52,972 nt of DNA, taken from positions 1 through 52,972 of the forward strand of contig CAVSGG010000018.1 in assembly GCA_963727455.1 (NCBI GenBank). Reading direction: 5' to 3'. This stretch comes from Candidatus Krumholzibacteriota bacterium. GTDB taxonomy: Bacteria > Krumholzibacteriota > Krumholzibacteriia > JAJRXK01. This document shows positions 38,098 through 47,363 of this stretch, one piece after another (within the stretch, counting starts at the first letter, position 1; every line of letters begins with the position of its first letter). The position numbers were made by a program, and so were the translations under genes. Below the pieces are notes generated by a model that made no database searches, was not told the origin of the DNA, and saw nothing but the letters and a program-made list of their open reading frames with translations.

Positions 38098-39590
38098 GCG
38101 TTCCGTTGCCCGTTCTCGTCGGACTGGAGGGCACGACACTTTTATCCGAGGAGGAAGAGGCCCTCCGTCGTTTTCGTCCCCGCGGTATTCTTCTCTTCAA
38201 GCGAAACGTGTCTTCCCGCGCGCAATTGAAAGAACTCTGCTCGAGGACTTCGAGCATTCTGCAGGAGAGCAACGCCCTACCTCTGATCGCGGCCGATCAC
38301 GAAGGGGGACCGGTCAGCGTATTGGGCGCTGCGTTGGGGATACCTCCTTCGGCCCGCGCACTAGGGCTAGCGAACGATCCCGAACTCACGCGTCGCGTCC
38401 ATCGGGAGAGCGCGCGTCGCGCGCGGGAGTCCGGAGTAAACTTCCTCTTGGCGCCGGTGGCCGATGTGAATCGTCCGGGCAACCCGGTGATCGGAATTCG
38501 CGGGTTCTCCGAGGAGAGCGGGCAAGTCGCCGCGCAGGTGAGGGCGGCGGTGCAGGGACTCCGTGAGGGAGGGGTTTATTGCTGCGCCAAGCACTGGCCG
38601 GGTCACGGTTCCCCGAGCAGTGACAGCCACCGGGAAAGCACGAGCCTCGCACTGGAGTTGAGGGAGTGGGAGGCGATCGACCTTCCGCCGTTTCAAGCCG
38701 CGGTCCAGGCGGGGGTCCCTGCTCTCATGGTGGGGCACCTCGCTTTTCCCGAGCTGGATGACAGCGGGGCGGTTGCCCCGCTCTCGCGCCGCATGCTGAC
38801 GGAGTGCAGGAACAGATTGGGATTTCAGGGTATCCTGGTGAGCGATGCCTTGGAAATGGCGGGCTTCGGCGCTGCCGATCCCGCTGCCGCTCTCGACGCG
38901 GGAGTCGATCTCCTGCTGTTTGGCAAGACCCTACTCTCGCTGCAGGACGAGCTGAATCTCTTGACGGGCCAAATGGAGCAAGGCTCCGCGCGCGTTTTCG
39001 ATTTTCCCCATGCGCTCCGGGAACCTCCGCAGAGCGCGGACGCAGAGTCGTATGCTCGCGCTGCAGAGAGTGGTGTTCGCATACACGGTCGCATCGCTTG
39101 GGACCTGGTGTCTTGGGTTCTATGGGATGGAGTGAGCGGCGATCGGTTGTATCCATTCGCGGATCATGGAACGGAGAACCAAGCGGATGCGCCGCTCTTG
39201 GTGCGGGATGAGGGAAGTGAATCTCCTCTGGGGGATTCTCTCGCGCGAGCTCTGAAGCTGGCGGCGCGGGCAACGGGGCGCTGGAACCCTCACGAACATG
39301 AGTTGGAAGCTGAAGCCCTCTCAGAGAGCATTCCCTGGCCTGAGCACGGGGAGGGCTTGCTCATTGCAAGTCTGCGTCCCCTACCCCGTCCTCTGCTTTG
39401 CGAGCTGAAGGCGCGCCTCAGCGAGCCCTCGGCAAGACCGGCATGGGTAATCTGCCTGGGCGCTCTGCCCATCGCGGTGAGCGAGTCGGAGTCGCCGTGG
39501 CTGCACCTTCCCGGAGTTTGCGAGCGGGATTTCAAACTTCTTTCGCCGATCCTGCAGGGTGGCGTTGACAGGGGACAGCCTCGTTGCTAG
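38094..39590 (+). CDS. nagZ: GH3 beta-N-acetylglucosaminidase
   Basis: GILLFKRN, DHEGG, KHWPGHG...DSH, SDALEM. Confidence 0.88.
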   Translation: MSVPLPVLVGLEGTTLLSEEEEALRRFRPRGILLFKRNVSSRAQLKELCSRTSSILQESNALPLIAADHEGGPVSVLGAALGIPPSARALGLANDPELTRRVHRESARRARESGVNFLLAPVADVNRPGNPVIGIRGFSEESGQVAAQVRAAVQGLREGGVYCCAKHWPGHGSPSSDSHRESTSLALELREWEAIDLPPFQAAVQAGVPALMVGHLAFPELDDSGAVAPLSRRMLTECRNRLGFQGILVSDALEMAGFGAADPAAALDAGVDLLLFGKTLLSLQDELNLLTGQMEQGSARVFDFPHALREPPQSADAESYARAAESGVRIHGRIAWDLVSWVLWDGVSGDRLYPFADHGTENQADAPLLVRDEGSESPLGDSLARALKLAARATGRWNPHEHELEAEALSESIPWPEHGEGLLIASLRPLPRPLLCELKARLSEPSARPAWVICLGALPIAVSESESPWLHLPGVCERDFKLLSPILQGGVDRGQPRC

Positions 39591-39593
39591 ATT
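39565..39593 (+). promoter_or_regulatory. tRNA-Asp promoter
   Basis: TTGACA-17nt-TAGATT, overlapping the nagZ stop. Confidence 0.7.
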
Positions 39594-39641
39594 CCCTCTC
39601 CGCTTCGTCTTCGGGCGACGCATTGCGCCGTAATGGCATTC

Positions 39642-39719
39642 GGGGGCGTAGTTCAGCTTGGTTAGAACGCCGGCCTGTCAAGCCGGAGGTCGCGAGTTCG
39701 ATCCTCGTCGCTCCCGCCA
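39642..39719 (+). tRNA. tRNA-Asp(GTC)
   Basis: GGGGGCG/CGCTCCC acceptor stem, CCGGC-CTGTCAA-GCCGG anticodon arm, TTCGA T-loop, GCCA end. Confidence 0.96.
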
Positions 39720-39729
39720 TCTTTCGATG

Positions 39730-39761
39730 AGCCCGCTCCTTTGGGGGCGGGCTTTCGCTTT
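39730..39761 (+). terminator. Terminator after tRNA-Asp
   Basis: AGCCCGCTCC-TTTG-GGGGCGGGCT then TTCGCTTT. Confidence 0.78.
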
Positions 39762-39925
39762 CCCGAATGTGTCCCGGGAATACTGGCGGCCGAGAGGGTT
39801 TTGACACACATTTATCAACGGTGCTGGCACTGCCTGACCCTCCACCTAGGCGAGAGCCGCACCTGACCAAAGTGCCCTCCGGTGCCGTGCCGGAGGGCGC
39901 GCTCGTTTCGGGCATCAAGAGCGCT

Positions 39926-40510
39926 TCAAGCCGGGAGATCTTCAGGCCGATTCCAGTTGCGGAGTACACTCGCGTCGTCGACTTCCACTCTTCTCAGTTC
40001 GCTCCCGTTCAAGCCGCGCAAGCAATCGCGCAGGGAGTCCGCGGCTTCCCAATTCAAGCGTGACAGGGCGTTGCGAGTGAGGGCGAGGGGGTGGCCACCT
40101 CGTCCTCGATGTACGGGCTTGGCCACGAGTGCGTGGGCGAGTGCGGTTTGCAATTTACCCAGGACCGACGAAGCGATCGGACCGGTGTCGATCGGCTGAA
40201 GAAAGAACGCGCTGCATTCTCGACTCTGTGCGATGCGAAACGCTCGGCGCACGCTTTCCATCATGGGCGCGCTCGCGTCGTTGCCCGCGTGGAGGACGAG
40301 CCCCTTCGACTCGATGGACCCTTTCAAATTCTCCGCCACCTCATCGTTGAGGATGGCGTGGATCTCAGGAACTCCGAATTCGAGATACGCCGTGGCGATT
40401 CGCTGCAGGAGAAGCGAACCCTCGATCCTCAAGAGGGCCTTGGGAGAACCCATGCGCCGGCCGCGACCGGCGGCCAGTACGAACGCGGCACTGATCTCAG
40501 TCGCCATCAT
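39926..40510 (-). CDS. MocA/MobA-like nucleotidyltransferase
   Basis: VLAAGRGRRMGSPKALL, QPID, GRGGHP, NWNRPED. Confidence 0.85.
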   Translation of the reverse strand: MMATEISAAFVLAAGRGRRMGSPKALLRIEGSLLLQRIATAYLEFGVPEIHAILNDEVAENLKGSIESKGLVLHAGNDASAPMMESVRRAFRIAQSRECSAFFLQPIDTGPIASSVLGKLQTALAHALVAKPVHRGRGGHPLALTRNALSRLNWEAADSLRDCLRGLNGSELRRVEVDDASVLRNWNRPEDLPA

Positions 40511-41375
40511 CCGCGTGGGAGATTGAGGGTGACAGAGAAGGAGGGGACTTTGGCGCGCCGCGCCCGTGGTGAATCCGATTCAGCGAGGCCATACTGGCAC
40601 TGAAGATCTTCTCTTTTCGTCCACGGTGGTGGGCGATGAGCTCCGCGACGATGGACACGGCGATTTCACTGGTGGTGATTGCGCCAATGTCCAAGCCGAT
40701 GGGCATGTTGACCCGGCTGAGTTGCTCCTCGCTGAAGCCCTTCGCTTTACAGCGCGAGATGGCCCGTGTGACTTTCGAGAGACTACCGATGACTCCCAAA
40801 TATTCAGGCGGGGATTTCAGGTAGTGCTCGAGGACGGCTTGATCCTGCTCGTGTCCACGGGTGACCACGACCACATAATCGCGCGCGCCCACCGCGAGAT
40901 CCTCGATCGCTTCTTCGACGCTCGAGTTGAGAATTTGCTCGACCGTAGGGAAGCGTTGTGGGTTGGCCCAGTCTTCCCTTTCGTCGATCACCGTGACCTG
41001 AAAACCGCACTGGGAGGCGAGAGCCGCGGTGGGCTGTGCGACGTGTCCGCCTCCGTAGACGAGGAGGCGTCGCGTGGGTTCGAGAACCTCACAGAAAATT
41101 TGCATCACGCCGCCACAGCACATTCCCAGCTCGGCGCTGAGATTGTACTCGAGAATGCCACTCTTGCGCCTTTCGAGCAGGGCTGCCGCGTCCTCCAGCG
41201 CGGCCGCCTCCACGGCGCCGCCGCCGATGGTGCCCTCGAAACTCCCGTCCTGGCGCAGCAGCATGGACGCTCCCACTTTTTGGGGACCTGAGCCATCGAC
41301 CCGGATCACCTTCAAGTGAGCCACGGTTTCGCCACGCTTCAGGGCCTCTTCGATTCGGCGGTAGAATTCGTGCAT
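40497..41375 (-). CDS. xdhC: XdhC/CoxI molybdoenzyme maturation factor
   Basis: GSGPQKVGASM, GTIGGGAVE, LGMCCGG, GGGHVA, YLGVIGS, PIGLDIGA. Confidence 0.9.
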   Translation of the reverse strand: MHEFYRRIEEALKRGETVAHLKVIRVDGSGPQKVGASMLLRQDGSFEGTIGGGAVEAAALEDAAALLERRKSGILEYNLSAELGMCCGGVMQIFCEVLEPTRRLLVYGGGHVAQPTAALASQCGFQVTVIDEREDWANPQRFPTVEQILNSSVEEAIEDLAVGARDYVVVVTRGHEQDQAVLEHYLKSPPEYLGVIGSLSKVTRAISRCKAKGFSEEQLSRVNMPIGLDIGAITTSEIAVSIVAELIAHHRGRKEKIFSASMASLNRIHHGRGAPKSPPSLSPSISHADDGD

Positions 41376-41518
41376 CTTGGACCTCGATCTCAAACACTGG
41401 TCCCGCAGGGGCCTTGGCTCTATTTTAACAGTCTAGGACCATGCGCGTCCGATAGTATTCAAGGTAGGAGAGGGAGCGGTCAACTGCCCCTCACGACTCC
41501 CACACTCAGTACGGAATC

Positions 41519-42490
41519 ATGTCGTCCAAAGCTCGCTCTTACTGGGCCTCCTCCAAGGACCTTCGACGGGAACTGGGGGAGGTTCTGGATCAAAACGAGT
41601 TGAAAGCCCTGCACCGGCGTAGCGCACCGCGGCATTTCGTCGTGGCCCTGCGTCTGGTCGCGGTCACTGCACTGTGTATCTTCGCCCTGCTGCGCTACGA
41701 CCTGGGATACTTCTGGCCTGTGCCCGCGATCCTGCTCGGTTTCTGCTACTTCGACTACACCGTGCTTTTGCACGAGGTGGTGCACAAGACGGTATTCCAG
41801 CGCTCACGGCCGCGCTGGTTGCGCGCGCTCGGCATTCTGTACGCGGTACCGAGCGGGATTTCCGCCTCCCAGTTCACGCGTTGGCACCTGGATCACCACG
41901 ACAACCTGGGAGACGATGTGGACGATCCCAAACGCCACTGGCTCAGCCCGAAAAAACGCTCGCGCCTGCTGAAAGCTCTCTACTGGACTCCGCTTCTCAT
42001 TCCCATCTACTTCACGGCCGCCAAGCGGGAGAGCGTCTCCTACGAGCCTTCGCTGCAGCGCACCATTGCCATTGAGAGGGGAGTGACCATTCTCTTCCAT
42101 TTGGTAGCCTTGGCCGCCCTCTTTTATTGGGGAGGATTCTCTGCGGCGCTGAAGGTGTATCTGGTGCCCTACCTGCTGGTGTTTCCCGTGGCTTTCAGTC
42201 TCAATCGTCTGGGCCAGCACTACGCCATCGATCCCTCCGAAGTCGCACGCTGGAGTACGCGGATCGACGGCAACTTCTTCTGGCGCTGGATTTTCCTGAA
42301 CTCCAACTACCATCTCGAGCATCACTACTTCCAGAACGTGCCGCTGTACAATCTGAAACGTCTGAATCGAATTCTCCGCGCATTTTATGAGTCCCACGGG
42401 ATTCCCAACTACGGCTACGGCCGGATTCTCAGAGCGTGGTTCGTGGACAACGAAGCGCCGCACACGCGCTGGGCCTGCGAGAACGAATGA
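41519..42490 (+). CDS. Fatty acid desaturase family protein
   Basis: Three His boxes HEVVH, HLDHH and HLEHH, plus TM segments. Confidence 0.9.
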   Translation: MSSKARSYWASSKDLRRELGEVLDQNELKALHRRSAPRHFVVALRLVAVTALCIFALLRYDLGYFWPVPAILLGFCYFDYTVLLHEVVHKTVFQRSRPRWLRALGILYAVPSGISASQFTRWHLDHHDNLGDDVDDPKRHWLSPKKRSRLLKALYWTPLLIPIYFTAAKRESVSYEPSLQRTIAIERGVTILFHLVALAALFYWGGFSAALKVYLVPYLLVFPVAFSLNRLGQHYAIDPSEVARWSTRIDGNFFWRWIFLNSNYHLEHHYFQNVPLYNLKRLNRILRAFYESHGIPNYGYGRILRAWFVDNEAPHTRWACENE

Positions 42491-42551
42491 GGCCACCCCG
42501 CTCGGAGGTGGCCTTCAAGATTCCGTCCAATTTCTGAGCAAGAACTTGCGC

Positions 42552-42788
42552 TCAGATCTTCTGACCGCGCGCGCGCAGTTCGCGCAATACGGTGGAGATT
42601 CCCTTCTTGGAGATGGTCTTCATTCCCTTGGCACTGACCGTGAGGCTGATCCAACGGTTCTCCTCGGGGACCCAAAAACGCTTCTTGTGCAGGTTGGGCA
42701 AAAAGCGACGCTTGTTCAGATTGTGGGCGTGCGAGACGTAGTTCCCGGACATTGGGCGCTTTCCCGTCACCTGGCAGATTCGCGACAT
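42552..42788 (-). CDS. rpmB: 50S ribosomal protein L28
   Basis: [46 protein letters not shown]. Confidence 0.97.
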   Translation of the reverse strand: MSRICQVTGKRPMSGNYVSHAHNLNKRRFLPNLHKKRFWVPEENRWISLTVSAKGMKTISKKGISTVLRELRARGQKI

Positions 42789-42892
42789 ACTCTTGACTCC
42801 TCGTTCGCTCTTGGGCTTCCGCTGTCCTGCGCGGTCAGGCCGGGAGATTGACATCCGATACACTGCGCTCCTGTCCAGCCCAGCGGCCTACT

Positions 42893-42920
42893 AGTATATC
42901 GATGTGGGCGGCCATTGCAA
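42893..42920 (-). promoter_or_regulatory. rpmB promoter
   Basis: TTGCAA-16nt-TATACT on the minus strand. Confidence 0.6.
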
Positions 42921-42963
42921 GGCGGGTGGCCCCGGAAGGGGCCTGAGGGCAGCCAGGAAGCGC

Positions 42964-43395
42964 TCAGTCGTCCCCGAAGGGGTTGGCCGGTCCCTTGCGC
43001 TGGAAGTTCTTGAAATCGTCGTCCAGGGAGGCGATGCGCTTTTTCTTCGCTGGTTCCTCGCCCTCGCGAAAGAGCGTTTCCAGCTTGGCCTGCTCCTGCG
43101 CCATCTTTTCGTCGAAGGCCTTGATGTCTTCGGCCAGGCCGCTGTCGTCCTCCGCTTGGGGCAGAGTTTCCAGTTTGAGATGGTCGCGGATCTCGAAGCG
43201 CTCGTCATATGCGGAGCCCACGCGAACCAGGATCTCGTCGTCCACCAAACCGCGCAGGAGGAACCCGACCTTCTCGTGCGGCCAGTCGAGGAACTCGCTG
43301 ATTTCTTCGGCCTTGGGAGGGTGATGACTCAGATGCGAGAGCACGCGGACGCAGGCCACCAAGAGATGTCCTTCTTGATACCTTACCTTGATCAT
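42964..43395 (-). CDS. Hypothetical protein (possible winged helix plus acidic coiled tail)
   Basis: GAGG RBS; PPKAEEISEFLDW...LRGLVDDEIL; ends NPFGDD. Confidence 0.7.
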   Translation of the reverse strand: MIKVRYQEGHLLVACVRVLSHLSHHPPKAEEISEFLDWPHEKVGFLLRGLVDDEILVRVGSAYDERFEIRDHLKLETLPQAEDDSGLAEDIKAFDEKMAQEQAKLETLFREGEEPAKKKRIASLDDDFKNFQRKGPANPFGDD

Positions 43396-43530
43396 CGCCT
43401 CTTCCTTTCGCCGCTACGGCTATGCTAGCTCTGAGTCCCTTCCCGCGCCAAGCAGGAAGCGGCCCCTCTTGCGTAGAATTCCGCCTGAGGCCTACTCTCA
43501 AGAGAACCCCCGTCTCCTTCGGAGGAGAGC

Positions 43531-45813
43531 TTGCAGATCTGGGCTTGGATTGTTCTGGCGCTCGTGACCCTGTCGCCTCCGGCGCTCAAAGGCGCGGACG
43601 AGTGGCCCAGCGGACAACTCACTCCGCGGGTGGATCGGCCTCCCTTGGTGGGCGAGGGGCTCGGACGCAGCGTGCTGCTGTCCCGGATCGACAGCCTCAC
43701 CACCCTCTATCACGACGAAACTCGCGCCGACCGCGGCCAGCTTGCCTACCGCATTGCCCAGCTCTATCTGTCGACCGGTTTGCTCAAGCATCACCGCATT
43801 GCCCTGGACTATCTCGAGTCCGCGACGCAGGCTGATTCCTCTCTCTTCGGCGCGCAGAGACTGCGCGCCTCCCTGGCCCAATCGATGAAGTACAGCGGTC
43901 AGGCGCGAGAATGGTATCGCGATCTGTGCCGCGCGTTCCCCGCCGACGGACGCGCCTGGCGGCTCCTGGGTGCCTTCCATTTCGAACAGGGGCGAAGGGT
44001 CCTCGATCGGGACGAGTTCGAGCGGGCCGCGACGGCCTACGCCCACGCGGTGAAGGTCGACTCCACCGACTGCCGGGCACGTCTGGGACTGGCTGCGAGC
44101 CTCATCGGATTGGGGAAGTACGACAGGATCCCACAGCTCTTGGCGCCGGTGGCAGCGGAGAAGGCATACTCGCAGTCCGCACTCCTGATGAGTGGCGCCG
44201 CGCAGCGCGCACTGGGAGAGGAAGAGCAAGCCGCCCACGATTTTCAGCAGGCGCTCGCGCACGCTTCACCAGAGATGCGAGAAACGTATCTCTACGGACG
44301 CGAGTTCTTGGACAAGAGTGAAACCATCCGCCACTTCGCCGCGCGCCTCGACCCCGAGCTGCTGAAGCAGGGAATGAGGCAAGTCGATCCGCGGTGGATC
44401 GAGGCGAGGGGCCTCGACCTGAAGAAGGCCCTCGGGGACAGTCTCGTCCTGCGACAGGCTCTCGCGGAATACTGGCGCGCCAACAACCCCTGGCCGTCGC
44501 ACGTGACGAACATGAGCCGCTTGGAGTACTGGCGGCGATTGGTGGAGGCGGAGGTGCTCTTTGGACGACCCGAGGAGGGGGTGGCCGGCTACCACCGCCA
44601 GCCAGGGGTGGCCTGGGTGCGCTGGGGGCGGCCCGAGAAATCCATGTACTTGCCGCCCTCCCACGCGGGACGCCTGGACGATCTGGCGCCCTTCGCACTC
44701 GATCGGAACATGGTGTTGCCTCAGCCGGAAATTCCCGTGTGGGTCTGGGGCTACCGGCAGGGGCATTACCGCTTTGCGCTGGTGTTCGAGGACCTGGCGA
44801 TGAACGGGAACTGGAGCGCTCAGAAATCCACCGCGCATCGCATGCGGCTGGCCGAGAGGGCGGCTCCGCTGGCCGTCCCTGCCTCCTCCGGATCCGAGCC
44901 CGGCTGTCGGGTTTCGCTCGCTTCCGCCGCCTTCTACCGGCCCAAGGGTGAGGCGACCCTGGAGAGTTATCTGGAGATCGAGAATACCCTTCCGGACAGC
45001 CTCGTCGCGAGTCTTGGTCGCGCAGAGGATGCCCACCGACGCAGCTTCAAGGTGGAGTACGCCATCTTCGACGGGAAGCAGCGGCGCATCGACTATCGCC
45101 AGAGGACCCTGGGACCGAAGGACCGCCGCGACGCCTTGCGTGGCACCCTTGGACTGCCCGCACTCGAGGAGGAGAATGACCCCTGGCTCGCGCAGTTTGC
45201 GGCCGATCTGAAACCCGGTTCCTACCGCGTGGCGGTCGACGTGAGCGGGCCCGAGGGGGAGGACCATCAGTCTCGGGAACTCTCACTTCTCATTCCCGAA
45301 CGACCGGCCCGCGAGCTTTCGATCAGCGATCTAGAGCTGGCCTCCACCTTCGAGGCCCTCCAGGGCGAGAGTTCGCTTCCGTCCTCCATGGTCAAGCACG
45401 CCTTCGGCATCCTGCCGTTGCCCAATGGGGTATATTCCGCCCAGGAGTCGGTTCTCTATGTGTATTACGAGATCTACTACCTGTGTCAGGACAAACAGGG
45501 CCAGACCCGTTTCGACGTGGCCTACCGGGTGTACCGCCGCAAGGACAAGGACCACAGCCGCGTCCTGACCCATCGGGTAGTGCAGGGTCTCAGTAAAGTC
45601 GATCCACTGTCGCTGAGCTATCTGGAGGAAACGACCGCGCTGTCTCCCCACAAACATGTGGTGAAGGGGGGAATGGTGGACATCAGCGGCCTTCAGAGGG
45701 GGCGGTATGTTCTGGAAGTGGCGGTGCGCGACCGGGTGTGTGATCAGGTGGCGCGCTCGTATGTTGCTTTCAGTAAGCAAGAAGGGCCGAACCCAGGAGC
45801 CCCAGTGGAATGA
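43531..45813 (+). CDS. Secreted TPR protein with degenerate GWxTD domain
   Basis: Signal peptide, TPRs, EYWRRLVEAEVLFG...GYHRQPGVAWVRWGRPE, LSISDLEL, LYVYYEIY, GRYVLEVAVRD. Confidence 0.8.
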   Translation: MQIWAWIVLALVTLSPPALKGADEWPSGQLTPRVDRPPLVGEGLGRSVLLSRIDSLTTLYHDETRADRGQLAYRIAQLYLSTGLLKHHRIALDYLESATQADSSLFGAQRLRASLAQSMKYSGQAREWYRDLCRAFPADGRAWRLLGAFHFEQGRRVLDRDEFERAATAYAHAVKVDSTDCRARLGLAASLIGLGKYDRIPQLLAPVAAEKAYSQSALLMSGAAQRALGEEEQAAHDFQQALAHASPEMRETYLYGREFLDKSETIRHFAARLDPELLKQGMRQVDPRWIEARGLDLKKALGDSLVLRQALAEYWRANNPWPSHVTNMSRLEYWRRLVEAEVLFGRPEEGVAGYHRQPGVAWVRWGRPEKSMYLPPSHAGRLDDLAPFALDRNMVLPQPEIPVWVWGYRQGHYRFALVFEDLAMNGNWSAQKSTAHRMRLAERAAPLAVPASSGSEPGCRVSLASAAFYRPKGEATLESYLEIENTLPDSLVASLGRAEDAHRRSFKVEYAIFDGKQRRIDYRQRTLGPKDRRDALRGTLGLPALEEENDPWLAQFAADLKPGSYRVAVDVSGPEGEDHQSRELSLLIPERPARELSISDLELASTFEALQGESSLPSSMVKHAFGILPLPNGVYSAQESVLYVYYEIYYLCQDKQGQTRFDVAYRVYRRKDKDHSRVLTHRVVQGLSKVDPLSLSYLEETTALSPHKHVVKGGMVDISGLQRGRYVLEVAVRDRVCDQVARSYVAFSKQEGPNPGAPVE

Positions 45814-45970
45814 AGCCCCTCCCCGCGGCACGGTTGGATGCGCGGGGTTCCCCCTCCCCCCGCACCAACAGGTGCCGCCCTCAGGATATGGGCGACCACC
45901 AGAGGCTCCTGGGTTCAGCCCAGGATAACCAGGTCCGATACTTGAAGTTAGCGGATCCGGCCTTGCTCCC
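45772..45970 (-). ncRNA. Candidate structured ncRNA (rod-like, 6S-sized; family unassigned)
   Basis: Nested inverted repeats: 45961-68/45775-82; 45904-21/45784-801 (18 bp); 45872-78/45825-31; inner GTTGG/CCAAC. G:U pairs favour the minus strand. Promoter-like element upstream. Confidence 0.5.
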
Positions 45971-45974
45971 CTCA

Positions 45975-46003
45975 GGTATACGACGCTCTCGATCGAACGT
46001 CAA
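45975..46003 (-). promoter_or_regulatory. Promoter-like element for the candidate ncRNA
   Basis: TTGACG-17nt-TATACC on the minus strand, with no credible CDS downstream. Confidence 0.45.
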
Positions 46004-46109
46004 GTCTGCTTCGAAAACGAGGGAGCTTCCTCTTGCCGCCGGCCTTTGCTCGTCGTAGAAAAGCAGGGGCCAAAGGCCGGAATTCTCCTCTCTTGCATGC
46101 GAGGCCGTC

Positions 46110-47345
46110 GTGTCGCAGCGTTCCATCAAGTCGCTCCGCCATCGTGATTTCTACCGCGATCTCGAGAAGCTCCTCACCCAGATCGATCAGGCTCGGGGCT
46201 TCGAGGAGATGCTCAGCGATCTGCTCGAGAAGGTCATCAAGAGCTACGCGGAGTTCATCGGACTCGAGTCGGCGCGACTCTACCGCGACGAAGGCGACGC
46301 CTACGTGGTCTTACGCTCCTTCGGCGCCAAGGGCACTCAGATCGTGGGCTTTCGGGTCGACCGGGGTTACGAGGTGCTCCGGCAGCTCCCGCCGCATCAG
46401 ACGCGCTATTTCGCTCCCGATGATCCGGCCCTGAATCCCGAACTCGAGAAGGCCCTGGGCGTTCGGCACTTCGCCGCCTTCCTCGTGGGACCCGCGCGCG
46501 ACTACATTGCTGCCTTCGGTTTGAGCGAGGACGCCGACGTGCAGGAGGCGATGCTCATTCTGAGTACGCTGCGGCACGCCATCGACACTCGTCTGAGGCG
46601 GAGCGAGCTGGAGGGTCAACTGCAGGAGGCGCACTCGATCCAGACCAGCCTCTTTCCCGGGCGCAGCTTCGAGTTCGATGGCTACGAGATCGCGGGCCAG
46701 AGCCTCCCGGCTGATCAGGTCGGTGGAGACATGCTCGACTATCTCCCGATCAGCGCCAACCTCCTGGGCCTGGCGGTGGGCGACGCCTCCGGGCACGGTT
46801 TGCCGGCAGCCCTGCAGGCGCGCGATGTGATCACCGGTCTGCGGATGGGAGTCGAAAAGGATCTGAAGATCACGGCCGTTTGCGAGCGCTTGAACCGGGT
46901 CATCCATCGCAGCGGGCTGACTTCACGCTTCGTCAGCCTCTTTTTCGGGGAACTGGAACTCAACGGCAATTTCGTCTACGTCAACGCGGGGCACGATCCA
47001 GCTCTTCTCTTGCGCAGAGGGAAAAGAGGACAACTCTTGAAGTCGACCGGTCTCGTGCTCGGTCCGGTGAAGGACCTGGAATACCGCCGTGGACTGGTGA
47101 ACATCGAACCGGGCGATATGCTGGCCCTATACACCGACGGTATCGTGGAACGCCAGGGTCCCGACGGTGAGTACGGCCTTGCGCGTCTGCGGTCGCTGCT
47201 CCAGCGCGAGTTGGATGACGACCGTCCCGTGCAGGAGATTCTGGATGAAGTGTTCGAGGACGTGAGGAGTTTCGGGCAGGGTCAGGCCTGGGCGGATGAC
47301 GTCACTTTGATGCTCGTTCGTCGCAAGCCGCTCGCGGACAAGTAG
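46110..47345 (+). CDS. PP2C/SpoIIE (RsbU-like) phosphatase with GAF-like N-terminus
   Basis: VGGDMLD, GDASGHGLPAAL, YVNAGH, YTDGIVE, DDVTL. Confidence 0.92.
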   Translation: MSQRSIKSLRHRDFYRDLEKLLTQIDQARGFEEMLSDLLEKVIKSYAEFIGLESARLYRDEGDAYVVLRSFGAKGTQIVGFRVDRGYEVLRQLPPHQTRYFAPDDPALNPELEKALGVRHFAAFLVGPARDYIAAFGLSEDADVQEAMLILSTLRHAIDTRLRRSELEGQLQEAHSIQTSLFPGRSFEFDGYEIAGQSLPADQVGGDMLDYLPISANLLGLAVGDASGHGLPAALQARDVITGLRMGVEKDLKITAVCERLNRVIHRSGLTSRFVSLFFGELELNGNFVYVNAGHDPALLLRRGKRGQLLKSTGLVLGPVKDLEYRRGLVNIEPGDMLALYTDGIVERQGPDGEYGLARLRSLLQRELDDDRPVQEILDEVFEDVRSFGQGQAWADDVTLMLVRRKPLADK

Positions 47346-47363
47346 CGGACGGAGGGACAATCC

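Noticed and set aside
39926-41375. xdhC-mocA pair as a novel system
   Set aside because: A common molybdenum-hydroxylase maturation pair; the target enzymes are presumably elsewhere.
45929-45960. tRNA-Sec (CTTCAA loop on the minus strand), SRP RNA or RNase P RNA
   Set aside because: No cloverleaf, T-arm or CCA; no SRP domain IV CAGG/GGAA/AGCA motif; no GAGGAAAGTCC.
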